DNA of 64,000 bases, from NCBI RefSeq assembly GCF_964355755.1, contig NC_092680.1:8990001-9054000 (forward strand). The letters run 5' to 3'. A model generated the notes under the pieces. The model worked only from the letters and a program-made list of their open reading frames with translations, did no database searches and had not been told where the DNA came from. Position numbers and translations under genes: made by a program. The stretch comes from Antedon mediterranea. Taxonomy: Eukaryota > Animalia > Echinodermata. Positions 1 through 13,946 of the stretch are shown piece after piece (the stretch's first letter is position 1; the number at the start of each line of letters is the position of its first letter).

Positions 1-2357
1 CACCATGTCCAACCTTACTCACCTACCTTGTGGTTGCCCACTTGCTAAGGAACGAAGAGAAAAATACAAAGGTAATTAACACACACAATTTCAATGGAAA
101 ATAGAAACCAGGTGAATACTGTACTAATACAAGTTTTTAAACAAATTCACTAACTTAAAGTATACATTTTTTTTCTTAGATGAAGAACAAATACTTAATT
201 CAGCAGCAGAAAATCTGTTGTCCAGACTCTCGCAAGTGATCCTATGTTTTTCTGCTCCATTGTGTCTGGTTTTCCAGAGCCTACAAGAACAAGTTGATCA
301 AGAGAACAGCTCTAAAAATGCTGTGGCACTTGAGGTTAGACCGTCTTTTTATTGCATCCTAACCAGATGATTAATTAAATAGCTATACCAACTTATATAT
401 AATAATTTATTAAATGAGCCTCAGATCGATTGGAGAACTGTAATGTTATATATTGACGCTCCCTCATTAAAAAAAGTTCTGGATCAGCAGGTTTTATCTA
501 AATTTGGTCATTACTGCTGTTAACTCTGCAGGTTTGCTGAGCATACTGTACTACATACTTTTTCTGTAGCACAAATTATTCCTAATGTGAAATCACTGAA
601 ATATTATACTAATTGCTTTTACACATAAAGTATATTATTAATAATAATAGTATTACTGACATTCACATTTTTTCAGGTGCTTTGTTGGTGTGTTTGGAAT
701 ACATTGAGAACAGAGTCTTTTGATAGCAGCAATAAATCAGCCTTGATTACCTTAAAGCGTGCTTCAGAAATGACGATGGAAGCACTTTCTATGGAAGGTG
801 AGTAAACTATTGGCAGCAGTGAAACAGAATGCTCTAAAATAAAAAAATACTTTTGATGTCTGATGTTTTCATAGTTACCAACCTCAGAGATTTGTAATGT
901 GTGACAGACTACACCTTTTTTGTGATATTCTTAGTGTTGATTCTTTTTTTGGAGGGTAAAAATTAATCGCAGCCCGGGATTTCCCCTTTTATAAACGTAC
1001 ACAACATCATGTCACTGAGTCGTGTTAGTCCATCATCACACGGTGACCAGGAAAAGATGTTCCCTTATATTATATATTTTTGTTGATATGTGTGGTGTTT
1101 ATTAATGAATACTTGCATAACTGTTTTATACTTTTTAATAATAGTGATAAAAAATTATCATTCATAAACTTCTGCTAAATGCGAGACAAATATGTGGTCA
1201 TGCATGTGTTTGTTCAAAATGCGTGTTTCATTAAAAATCACTTTGAAATGTGGGACTTTCCCGTATGATGCAGTTGGTAACTATGCGTTTTGGAGAAATG
1301 TAGAAATGCACATACATATATTGTAAGAGAGTTCACTGCACATTATTCCACCAAACTGCCACAAAAGCAAATACATACAAAAGTTATTTTATTTTTCCAG
1401 CTGATGAAACTGATTACCCATCCCATCCTTTGAGTTCTGATTGGTTAAAGGACCTAATAGCCATGACAACAAAACACTGTACACAAGAGTAAGTTTTTAA
1501 TTTGTTGTGAAAGTACACCCTTCACAATTTTATTCACCACTTTTCCCCCAACTCCTCCTAATTTACTAATGTTTTTATTGTACAATACTAGCCAGCTAGC
1601 AAACTCCAATCCTCATCAAGTAGAGGATGCACCATTGGTTTTCCAGGAGAAGTATTACATGGGAATGGCAGTTGATATGGCAACCAATGAACAAGGTAAA
1701 AGTAATATTTTCTTTCAAGTATTAACAATTTCACAAAGGGAGCTAACCTAAACAACATCTTTAAAGATAATGTTTTAATTACAAAAAGATACATTTTTTT
1801 TCAGGTGCAAGAGATTTGATTTTTATCAACAAGTTAATAACAAGAAATTGTGTAAGTAAGATTTGTATAGAAAGCTTTTAAAATAACCTCAAATTGCAAT
1901 TTTTGGGGATTAATCCAAAAAATGTACTGATGTACCAATTCAATTCAATTTATACTGGGTGACCTCTTCGCAGTTGTTCTCCAAAAGTTGTTAATAGATA
2001 TATATTTTTTTATAGGAATGGATTGAAGATCAATTGGAAATACCACCTCTTATTCCTCATCAAAGAAAGGGCTTTCAAGGTTTCATTATCTCTGAGCCTA
2101 TGACCCCTCCGACCTTTAACCCTATAGAGCAAGTCAATAAGCTTGGTAGCTCGCCGTTTAATCAGGAGTTATTGGGAGAATACCCATGGGATTGGTCAGA
2201 GATATTGAAGTGTAACCTCGGCCTGACCTCTGTTACTTTTCAACATCTATTCTGTAACCGCTTTGAAATGTTGTCCGGTGAACCACTTAATGATCATGAA
2301 AAGAAATATATTGCCATTCTCAAAGAGCAGTATGAACTAGATGTGGAGTTAGTTTGA
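1..2357 (+). CDS. KIAA0825: 3' portion of KIAA0825 / DUF4495-like protein (7 exons visible: <1-71, 180-334, 677-797, 1401-1488, 1592-1695, 1805-1851, 2016-2357)
   Basis: GT-AG introns with consistent phases give one open frame ending TGA at 2355-2357. C-terminus FNPIEQVNKLGSSPFNQELLGEYPWDWSEILKCNLGLTSVTFQHLFCNRFEM...EKKYIAILKE resembles the remembered KIAA0825 C-terminus (FNP...W.W..LL...L.L...TF..L..NRWEM). AATAAA at about 2938 and 3018. Confidence 0.7.
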
Positions 2358-3724
2358 AGTACGTTGAAGGGTTTTCATCAGGTTACTGATATGTATGCAA
2401 CATAATGTTTATTAGAATATCAACTGTAATACGTTTGGCTTGGTTGCTATAATTCAATTTGTAATGTTATATTTACGGTAATCTAAAGCGAATGTTTCAA
2501 AGAGAGGTTAAGACAACTTAACTCTCCAGTATAGTGAGATACATGTTTTTTCAATTCATTTTCATCATTGTGATAATGTGAAATAATATAAGTGGGCTTT
2601 AAGGCTAGTTCCACCAGAAAAAAATAATTCAAAAAGTATTTTTTTTTTTTAACACTACTACTATATGCTATAAAAAATTTGTAACTATTTTGGGCACTAT
2701 TTTATCAGTTTATAGTAAACATTGTGTATGTGTATGTATGAATTTTAGTGAATGAATCATTTAGTAAATGTGTTACGCATTTAATGTGCTTTTATTAGAA
2801 ACCTTTGACGCTCTGTGCAATATAATTATGTATGTGCAATCAATTAATGTTATTTTTCTCATATGATGAACTGAAGTACTAATCAATATACTTTAGTTTC
2901 ATATATTTTGTATTGTACAGTGAAATTGTATTTTTAGAATAAATTACACGTAATATATTATATTTTATTTATTTAGTACACATATTACAAGTTAAATTAA
3001 TGGGTTTTTTCCATAGAAATAAACTGTTTCAGCATACTGTTCATTTACCCAGGTAACATTGTATAATAGGATAGTCTAAAGTACAATGTACGAAAATAGT
3101 AACAAAATATATTGTAGTCAAATAGCAGTTAAAGTATAATAATTAAAAAAGTAAAGTATAATCATTTGTTAAAGTCTCTTTGAGTGTGCTGGCTGTAAAT
3201 GGTACAAAAATCATTACCATAATAACAAAAAACACACATACATTGAAAAAGTACTGTAGATCATTGCTTTTATTGACATTATACAACTTGAACAGAAATG
3301 CCTGAAAGAAGAATTTTAAATTTTAAACTGTTACATACAACATAGAGGTATGCTGCAAGTACAAGAAAAATGCTTTTACACATTACAACTTTGAAACAAG
3401 TTGTATATTAACCATTGATCACAATAGGAAGCCAGATTTTCCACAACTGATTACCTAGGAACAAGCTAGGCCATATTTTTTTCATTTTAACACTATTTCT
3501 TTTAGGTCAAAAGACACATCAAAAATGCGTCTCAAATCGAAAGCTCACAAATGATTTTAACATGATTGTGTGTTCAATTTCAGTGTTAAAGCAACAAATA
3601 GTGGTATTAACTGGCCTTCACAGTGTCACTAAATTGGTAAACCAGACTATGTATTTATACATTAAACTACTTATGTTTTCTACAGTAAACCTGAATAATT
3701 TTAATACTGTCCATTTCTTGTGCC

Positions 3725-3857
3725 CAAGCTTTGTTTCCACATAGGCGCAATACAAATCAGTTGACCTATCACAAGCGAAATTTCAGATGACCTATCATGT
3801 CATGATTGGTCAAATTGCTTACATACTTGTGTTGCATCCTAGCTTAGAATTAAGCTA
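3725..3857. mobile_element. Degenerate PIF/Harbinger-like MITE related to 5050-5228
   Basis: AAGCTTTGTTTCCAC start, internal TGACC(A/T)ATCACAAGCG and TGATTGGTCAA motifs shared with the 5050 copy. Confidence 0.4.
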
Positions 3858-5049
3858 GGCTTAAATAGGCGTGTTGTTTAATACCTCCATAATTACATTG
3901 CTAATCATTCATATACACAAAAACAATGCAAAAATAATTCATGCACCGATTAAACTCAAAATAAAGAGAGGGAAGTTCTGTATTCAGCACTTCACTATAG
4001 TATGAAATACTAATACAGAGATCCTGAATTTTGAAAACTACAGCAGCAGTTTCCATAACCCAAATGAATCCCTCATAATTACTATACCTACATTGTAAAC
4101 ATAAATCTTAAAAGTAAAGTATTGTAACACAATCATTGAAATGCAGTATCAAAAGTCTTATTAATCATTAAAACACCAAATTACAAATGAATAACTAATT
4201 AGAATACATCTTATTCTTATGTTTTGTAATGCACTGTACTCTGGCTAATATTTGGGTATGGAATTAATCTAGAGTTAATGGTCGGTATAGTACAGTATAA
4301 ATAAAATATATAACCAAATCGTGTTTATAGACAATTCACACTCAAGAACATGCTTGCTTGACCACATGACCATAAATCACACTTACAAAGTATGGACAAT
4401 ATATTTTAAAAGTACAAACTTCTTGTACTCTGAATAATATAACGAAATTAATTTTTTATAAATGTTTTCACAGGGTGATATTACTATGTGCTTTGTATGG
4501 CAGAATTCAATACAGTTGTTTTACATAACAAAATAATTCCCATAAATTAATGCCCTGAATCTCAAGAAATGTTCATCAATTATATAAACATACACTAAAT
4601 TAGAAATAAATCATTGTACAATATAAACATATATTAACCATGAAAATCTAAAACAAAACAATTTAATATAAAATACTGTATTGTTTAATAGTTATAACAA
4701 AGAGTTCAGTTGAGAAATGTCTATCTTTTCAATACATTCACAATTATAAATTGCATTTTATTTATACTTTTTACAATTGTAGAATACTAGAGATTCTACC
4801 ATTGGTAAAATTAATTAATTCATTTTATACCTTTATGTTGTAGGTAATACAGTTGTTTCATTAAAGTTTTGTAATGCTTAAACCATGTTAAAACGTAGCA
4901 TGGATTAATTTTCATCATGGTGGAAATAAATAAGGAAATATTTAAGTAGTTATTTCCTCCATATTTTGATGTTAAACAACACAATTGTTTGTGAACGGAA
5001 GAATATGAATGATATACAGGTCTAGTACAATAGGTACTGTTAATTGTAA

Positions 5050-5228
5050 AGCTTGGTTCCCACTAGAACGTAACGCAAGGACGTAAATGCAACGCAAGCG
5101 TTTTAACCAATGACAAGCAAAGTTATAGACAGTTAGCAATCACAAGCGAATAAGGCATCGCTTGTGATTGGTCAATTCACTTGCGTTGCGTTACGTCCTT
5201 GTGTTGCGTCGCTAGTGGGAACCACGCT
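5050..5228. mobile_element. PIF/Harbinger-like MITE
   Basis: TIR AGCTTGGTTCCCACTAG...CTAGTGGGAACCACGCT flanked by TAA and TTA (TWA target); near-palindromic body; related copies at 3725 and 36498. Confidence 0.7.
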
Positions 5229-5909
5229 TTAGATCTGAAAAATGCCTCATAAAATGAGCTCTCTCCCTAAACAGGATGGGCACACATTGTACCCTATTAA
5301 ACATTTATTCTGCAACTTAACTAAAGAAATGAGGATAGATCATTTCAAATTTATCAACATCTGCTAAAACTAAACATGTATATAACCTTTTTATTTATTT
5401 ATTTCATCTACTACAATACAAAAAGATAAGTAGTTTGTGTACAGCATCATGTCATCATGTATTTTATAACATTATTTTCAATCTAAATTACTATGCAGTT
5501 TTAAATCCTGCCGTCTACTACTACACTAATAGTTTACCCTAAAGAAAGAGACTAGCTTATCAATGTTGTTGATAAGCAATGATTATGTGAAAAAAAAAAC
5601 ATGATTGAAAAAAAAAACTTTGACTTAAGATAAAGTTTTTGAATTATTTCAGTAAGAACATTTTTTAATTCAATCCCTAAATATATAACCTTACTAAAAA
5701 AATATTCAATTTCTTGTTATTTTATAAACTGATGACCAAGAGACCATTCAACATAATAACAGTATGAGGTTTGTTGGCATTTCTCCAGAAGACAGTTTAG
5801 TATCTGAAGGGACCTAATTTACCTACTTCTTTTAATGAATTACTCTAAATCTATAAACCTACTAACCTTATCTATATTCTATTTTAAATTACCATCATGA
5901 CAAAACAAC

Positions 5910-6125
5910 TTCAACTGCATGAATACCATCTATAAACCTACTACCCTTATCTATATTCAACTTCAACTGCATGAATACCACCCAAATAAAGAGGTACAGT
6001 TGTAAACTGCATGAATACCACCCAAATAAAGAGGTACAGTTGTAAACTGCATGAATACCACCCAAATAAAGAGGTACAGTTGTAAACTGCATGAATACCA
6101 CCCAAATAAAGAGGTAAAGTTGTCA
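5910..6125 (+). repeat. 40-bp tandem repeat, about 4 copies (AACTGCATGAATACCACCCAAATAAAGAGGTACAGTTGTA)
   Basis: Direct reading of near-identical units. Confidence 0.9.
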
Positions 6126-9100
6126 ATTACCACCACATAATAATATTTTAAATGCTGTAATACTCAATAGATCATTTAGAATTGTTTTTCATTTCCGTTG
6201 GAATCAAATTTTGTCCACAAATTTGCAGACTTGATTTTATCTATGCATATATTATGAATGCAATACATTATCAAATACAAATGTTTCCAATCTGTTTAAG
6301 ATCCTAAGTTTTACATACAAAATGAGTATTTATAAATTGTGTGAATTGTGTGAATGGCACATTTATGTACTATTCAAACATTCCCTCCCTACCCCAAATA
6401 AATTTACCATTCACACTGCCCCTTTTCCCATTTACACCAAGCCCTTCCCTTCCTACTCACATTGCCCTCTTCCCACTCAACACTTCCCCATGTCCCCATG
6501 CAAGGGTGCTTATGTACCCTGTACAGCAGCACCAGAATCTAACCCTTCCTTGCCAAAAAGGACAATTTTCGCCTATCTATCATCCCTTATATTCAAATAA
6601 ACCTAACAACAAAAAAATTAATAAATATTTTCCACCCCAAAAATTATGATTATTGAAGGTGCTTATCTATTCTTTTACATTCACCTTTAAGTACCCTCTT
6701 ATTCTTATACAAAACCACATGATATGAATTTACTCAATGTATTGTGCTATTCATCATACCAAAAGGTTCTAAATATCAAAAGTGGAGAATAGTTATTTCA
6801 GTAAACTTATTATTCATTTTAGAATCAAACTACATCCACATGAAATGATTGTTAACAGGAGATAAGAATAAACTTATTTATCTATTATGTTTAATTAAAA
6901 TGAGTTGTGTAGTGTAGAGTAACAAAAGAGTTATTCTAACATTCATTTAAAGTTCTCATCTACCTTATTTCAGAAATATAAAAAATACAAATAAAGAATC
7001 TTTAAACAAAAAAGTGAAAATCTGACTTTAATTCAGAAATTTTTCTGAATATGTTCTGTTCAATTGAACAGATTTTTTTCTTTTGATGTTTTTTTTTTCT
7101 TTTCTCATTTTAGACAAATTGCATAAGTGAGTTTAATCACTGCCTTTCTCCATGAAACAAAAATATAGTTCCATGCTTTCTCAAAGGTGGCAACCTTGTT
7201 CACACACAAATTAAGTCTTAAACAAGTACTGTATTTGGGAATTAAATAAACTACAAAAATACCAAATGACATTTGCCAGGTGACTAAACCAGATGTTGTG
7301 TTGCACAAAATTATTTTAAAGTAAAGAATGAAATGACATAATACAACATTATGCACATTCAACATGTATAATATACTTCTGTTCATAAAGAAACAAATTA
7401 AATACAGTCTTCAAGACCTAATAAAATCCCTTTATCATGGGTGTACCCGGAATTAGGGGCTGACTGTACTGTAATGTTAAAATATGTTTTGCATAACATG
7501 GTTTTTTCATGAGAAAGTGTCCCCTTAATAGGGGTGTACCAAATGTTCATTGGTAATTATATTACAGTACATGGGTATTTATATGGTAAAAGACATAAAG
7601 GTGACAACAATTATATCGTATAACTTTTAGAAAGTAAAGTACCACTAACTGTTTTTAAGGGCTTATTTCTCTAAACACTGGGGTTATCAATGTTGTTTGT
7701 GTTTTATAAAAACAATAAACATTTTAGACCTGGAGCTTATCTTATTCAGCTAGAAATTATGGTCATGAATAAAAAAGATAATATTCTTATTCACCTTGGC
7801 GTCTTATGACCAACTGGAAGAATAATACACACAAACATAATTGATTAATCAGATTTTTGCCTATTATAATACTAAATTAATCAACTTAACTCATTAATAA
7901 AACTAGTTGCTACATTGTAGTACTAATATCACAAATAGTATTCTTGTACAGTAGCTTCTATTGTTGTTTTGTAACATTGCAAATTACCAAATGTATTTCT
8001 TTCAGAGATGAATATCAAAACCACAATTATTGTACAAAATCTACATACTTAGCACCTCAGAATGGAGAATTCAAACATAATAATTAAATTTAGTTCTTTA
8101 TGTATATTGTTTATCTTTGTGAAAGCAATTTTTATCTCTTGAATCAAATGTTTAAATTTACAATTTATATACAATATTTACAGAAAAGCATGGGTATGTA
8201 CATTTTAATACAGCACCCTCCCTCGACATATTTCATGCAAGGATTATCAATGTGTATACAATATATTTGTAAACACAAAATTAAGTACTGTACACACTGT
8301 CTAATAATAGATGTCAATCTACACCAAACACTTGTTTCCCTGTTTTATTTTCCTACAGTCATTTGAAGTTTGTGGCTTTGAAGTTGACCCTAGCAAATAA
8401 AAAAACTTGCATACAACAGAACTATACTATTCAATTGTTCATTCTAGGCCTAGAAAATAGAATTACAAGTTTAAACTGCCTAAATAAATAATGCCTGAAA
8501 TAAAATAATTAATTAATGTCGAATGGACAGTGACTGTTATCAAGTATAAATGATTTCTTTACACAAACTAATATAAAGTTTTAAGACGTATAAGAATGTA
8601 TATACACATTAAAAGAAAATGTTCAATCTTGTTATCCACACTAAAGCCCAATTTACACTATAAATTATTAAAATATAATCAAAATTTTAGGCAATTATGA
8701 GCTTTTCTTTTTTTTTCGTACAAAAATAATAGTCTTAACCATTTTTGACATATTTACATTGTGCAGTTTTTTTTTTACAAACTATTCCAACATAAATATA
8801 GCTAATCAGACTGCAGATCATATTAAAATAAAAGGCTTCTTTAAAAAAAAAAAAAAAAATTCCTTAATGTTTGTGATTTATTTTTGTACTAACTAATTAT
8901 TGCATTTGCTGAAGTAATTGCCTTACTGCATTAAAGAAAAACAATTGAATTAACTTCAGCAAATGCAATAATGATTCGGTTTGGTAAGTTGACAACTTCT
9001 ATAATTCTGTAACAACACTACAACAATAACAAAATAATTTTTTCCACACATATCTTTAGATGGCAAAGTTACTCAGAAAATTAAACAAAACAAACATAAC

Positions 9101-9743
9101 AAAATATATAAATGTATCATCACATGAAATAAATTAATGAGAAGACAAGATAATTACACACCGTCTTTGCATATTCATAACAAAGTCATAAAGATGATTT
9201 TTTTTTTACAGGAACATTCAAACATTAGAAATCAAATTATTATTTAAATCATTTTTGTATTAAATTTAAATACAAATGAAAAAATGTCCTATATATATTT
9301 TTTTTCATTAAAAAAAATGTATTTGATACAATTTTAAAAATTATGGTAACTGTAAATTGCACAAAATCATAGATAATAGATCAATTATTTATTTTGAAAA
9401 TAAAATACATAAAAAATATATTCTGCACATCTTGTAAAAATTATAAAAATTTCAGTATACATGAGGACATTTATCTGGTTTTAATCTCTAGTGTGGCTGA
9501 TCGGTGGATTAAGTAAGGATTATAGGATAATTTAAGGTTTATCATTTGATTGATCTACATGGATATGTTCTTTTCTATGAATTATTACGAGCTTAAACAT
9601 TGTCGATAATGTTATTCTGTTTATCTGAATGATGTCATTTCTGTGCAGATAATATCTATTTTTGGATTTATAACTGTCTGTTTCACTATAAAAGATTGGT
9701 TTTGTTTTTGTTTAGAATTTGTAATTCCTGATCGATACTTTTA

Positions 9744-12700
9744 TCAGGTGTTGTGTAACGGAATAACAAATTTATGACCAAATGGTGAGATGTATTTCAC
9801 CCCTGTACTACAGAATACCTTTGATGGGATGCCAATATCGCCAAGGTAAAGCTTACCGACCACATCATTGTATGCAAAAGGCAATCCTACAGCAAGCGCC
9901 CATTTTGAGGGGATTGTTTGGTTGCTGGGTGGGTCTAAAGTTAGAAGCGGTGCTTTAGACATCGATGCCCACTGGATGATGGATTGGTACCATAACTGAG
10001 AACAGGGGTGTGTGTGGTGTGAGTCTAAGGCACATATCACAAGATCCACTGGTTCAGCAGGTAAATCTAAAATGTATGATGAAAAACATATTGGGAGTTC
10101 CAAGTTCTAAATCTTAAGCAGATACCTAGTAACACATATTTCAACACTACTGATCGGTAGGTCTACTGTGATTTCATTACTGTTAGTGGCGGTAATTATC
10201 GCTGTTGGTTTTGATTGAATAAAATAAAATAAAAATAAAATAAATAAAATTACCAGTCTATAAAAAAAGAAGTAAAGTAACACTGTACCTTTGCAATTTG
10301 TAACTATGACACCCTCTGTTTCTTGAAACAATTTAACCTCTTTATCTAACAAGTCATGCATCTTGACCATATTAGGGGTAACTACGGTAACTGGTAGGTT
10401 ATGGTTGGCAAGATGACGAGCACAGCATGCCCCTTCAGCTCCCTGTACATGTGGTCCACAAAGTACAACGATACTGGGAAGTTGATGGCTATTGTCAAAG
10501 TTGATTCTAAAAAATAAAATGTGTTTCTTTACACATGTATAATAAGAGTATTGATGTTTATGCATTAAATAGGAGATGTTGGTTGGCTTACAGTAGAAGC
10601 CTTATTAAGGTGACACATTCAGGATGCACTAAATTGTCTCCTTTATAGGAGTGTCCTCTGAAAAGGGGTGTGTCAAAGGAGGGATTCTATAGTACTTCAG
10701 TATTAGCCTGACATACATTGTATAGTATCAATATAAGCTATGGGTTAGCCAACCCATCTTCATTAGTGATGACAGATTTTCTAATAATACTTAAATTATT
10801 ATAAGAATATAAGTTCTTAACCTATTTACTCCACCAAGCACTTGTAGAGCCATGGATGCTGCAGTTCTACCCACAGCCTCTATTCTTCTTTCACATGATA
10901 TACCACATTTCTCAGCATTAGTTAATAATTTTTCATGTAGATCTTGAGATATGCTTGGCACAACAAATCCTTCATCTTTATTAGGTAAGAAAAATATCAA
11001 CAAAAAATAACAATACAGCTAAATATAATTTTAAAGAGGTATATAGTTTGAAGGGTGAATTCCAAGACACTAACCTGTAGTATACTCCACTACGTCATTT
11101 GATCCATTTACTAAAATCTGTCGTTTGGCTTTTGGTTTTCCGGTATCGACAATCATTTCATCATGGCGAAACTTTGGTTCCTGTTTTGGTGAGTTGACAG
11201 CTTCTGGAGTGGTGCTGCATTCAGCATCAATCTCCTGAAATATTGCTGCTTTATCAAACAGTGCAAGGTTTCTTTCAAAGTCAAATTCTCCTAAAATGCT
11301 CCTTGTTGGAGCACTGAAACACTCAATGTCCTTTCTAGCACGAAGGCTCTTGCTGCGCCCTTCTATTTTTCTTGGGCTAGATTTAACCCTTGCTTCAAAT
11401 GATCCTCCTGAAAAATATTTGTTGTTGACAAACATAAGTAAACAAAGCAAATTATATTATTATCTTTTGAAAGATAAGTAAAATATGAATGAAAGATTCA
11501 AATGATTAACAAATATTATGAATTTTAAATTAGTGTGAACATTTACACACCACAGTTGAAACTATAGTATACTTGCTCTGAATATAATCAATCAAAATTA
11601 TTACTATAAAATTACCTGACAATGAATGTCGTTTTCTTAAATTGTCATCTTCATCACTCGATTTTCCATTTCTCATCTGTGATCCATTGTCATCTGCAGC
11701 ATATTTTTTGTTTTGTTTACTATTTTTTCTTTTTAATCTATCGGGACTCTTATCATTTACGCCATGCGATTGCTGACAGATTCCGAGTACGTCAACGATA
11801 CTTGATCGTCCGGATGCAGTGTTTGTATCACCATTTTTTAAAGGTGATCCCTCAACCTGTCCTATACCATTATACTTGTTTCGATTACCATTTTCTTCGT
11901 GTTTTCCATTTGAGTTAAAAAATGTTTGCTTTTTTCTGGGTGTTCTCTGACCCCTTGGAAGATTTTCTTCATCCTCATTCTTACCATTAACTACAGTGAT
12001 TTTTGCTGGTTTACTTTTCTGTGGAAGCTTCGAAGCTTTTGATCCATTCTCTTTAGAAACCTGTTCCTGAGTTTTAAGAATTTTCAAGTCCTTAATGTCT
12101 TTAGCACTGAAAGTATAGAACATACTGTAATACAGTTTGTGTTTAACAACAATCAACACTTTTCCAGAGAAAGACATAATATAATATGATTAATGACAGT
12201 AACAATATAATCTGTAAATTGCAGATGTATTAAAAACCAATTGCTTACAATTTGGCTGTTATAGAATAGAATGATATAATAAAATTAATGACTGTTACTT
12301 AAGAGTTGGACAGCCAAAAATGGTGGAGGACAGTAGAAAAGAGAGAATACCTAGGATGGAGGACATGGAACAAAGCAAATCAAATCGCTGCCGATAAAAT
12401 CAACTGGAAAATTGTCACTGCAACCTTATCTGGGCCACAAGGCTGGAATAGGATAGGTAAGGTAAGCTAGTACTAGGCAAGTCTGTTAAACTGGAAGTCT
12501 ACTGATAGAAATAAGATCACCACTCTGGATACTAACTCCAATATAACTTCATTAATGCAGTAGTATAATATTACATACCTAATTGTGACTAATGGTATTG
12601 CTGTCTTGACGCCATTGTGGAAGGGTGTTTTAAGAGAAATAGTCTGTTCTATTTTGTTGACATCCTCCACCTCTCCTTGGTACGTACCAAGAGGATCTCC

Positions 12701-12751
12701 ACACTCCAATGACAGGTAACTGCCAATGAATTCTGAGATGTTTGCACTCAT
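9744..12751 (-). CDS. EDC3: Enhancer of mRNA-decapping protein 3 (exons 12751-12579, 12106-11616, 11407-11075, 10975-10822, 10506-10289, 10066-9744)
   Basis: N-terminal LSm domain (FIGSYLSLECGDPLGTYQGEV...ISAKDIKDLKIL), FDF motif (EFDFERNLALFDKAAIF), YjeF-N domain (VVLCGPHVQGAEG...ARHLANH; LYLGDIGIP...Y.SPF..KFVIPL). All introns GT-AG with consistent phases. Confidence 0.93.
10590..10694. mobile_element. Tc1/pogo-like MITE remnant in EDC3 intron
   Basis: TA-CAGTAGAA...TTCTATAG-TA ends with GACAC/GTGTCC internal motifs; similar copies near 7405, 28595 and 57980. Confidence 0.4.
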
Positions 12752-12966
12752 TTTAAGCACACTTCTGAAATATAGAGTAATACAAAATACAGTACCTGTA
12801 TTTTTATACATTAACAATTTAAACAAATTTTATTCTCAGAATTTTATTAAGGAAGGATCTCGTTGTTTATATACTACCTGCACGCTAAAGAAAAAATATT
12901 GTTTGGTTATCTAGGATGCTCCATATGAATTTAATAGACAATTTTCGTGATATGGAAGCCATCTAA

Positions 12967-13615
12967 GGGTATGTTCAGACTCACAGAGTTACGGTGGAGT
13001 TATGTAAGCGGCGTACATATTTTTGTGTCTGAACCATGCCGTGGATTAGCGTTAGGAAGCTGTTACTCCGCGCCAGTTACGTTAATAACTCTAGCGGGAG
13101 AGGGTAGATTTCATAACGCTAATCCAGTGATGCATCAGTGATTTTAACCTTAACCAATGAAAATACAAGACCACGATTAGCAGACAGCAACTACATACCC
13201 GTACCCTATGATACGACAGCGAAATAGCTATGTCAAATGTATTTTCAGGTTCAGATTTTACAGAACAGTAAAGTTAGCGTCAGTAATTAATATGATATTT
13301 TCATAAATTAAATCAATTAATCAGATAATTGTCCATGTAACAATTACGTTTTAAATTATTTAGAATTAAAATGCAATTCTACAAGTAGTAAGAACATATC
13401 AGTATATTTGAAGGTAAACATTATATAAATAAAAATAAAAAAAACAATGTAAACTATGTAAACTTTCATGCATTGTCATGAATGTATACATATAGTTCTA
13501 TCTGCTTTGTAAACGCAAGGCATTGGAATGTTGATCGTTGTGTCTGAACACCTTGGCTTTTAACGCCACGGATTACCGTACGCCTTGCGTATATAACTCC
13601 ACCGTAACATACCCT
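12967..13615. mobile_element. Harbinger-like non-autonomous element in EDC3 first intron
   Basis: TAA-GGGTATGTT...AACATACCC-TAA ends, inverted subterminal GTTACGGTGGAGTTAT / ATAACTCCACCGTAAC. Confidence 0.55.
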
Positions 13616-13946
13616 AATACAGAGATGACAAACAGTCGTGACCAGTCGAGCGTAAAAAACAAAAATAACATAGCGTTTTCAGGGGATTTCGAGACAATTT
13701 AAAAATCGTAAGAAAAAAAATTACTGTAAAATGTTCTTATAAAATGTTCTTGTAAGATTGGCCTACATCACTGTATAATTGAACATCTTTTTACATTACT
13801 TAAAAAAAACAATGTATAACTTATAAGCATAGGCGTTTATCGTCACTACTGCACTTTCGTACCTGAAACTGTGCATTAGACTTCAAGGTTACTCACTGTC
13901 ACCAGAATTTGTTTTTAATTGGGTAAGCTCAAGGTGCGAAAGTATG

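Noticed and set aside
6322-6649. Overlapping Pro-rich ORFs
   Set aside because: Result of a C/T-rich low-complexity patch in presumed EDC3 3' UTR antisense strand
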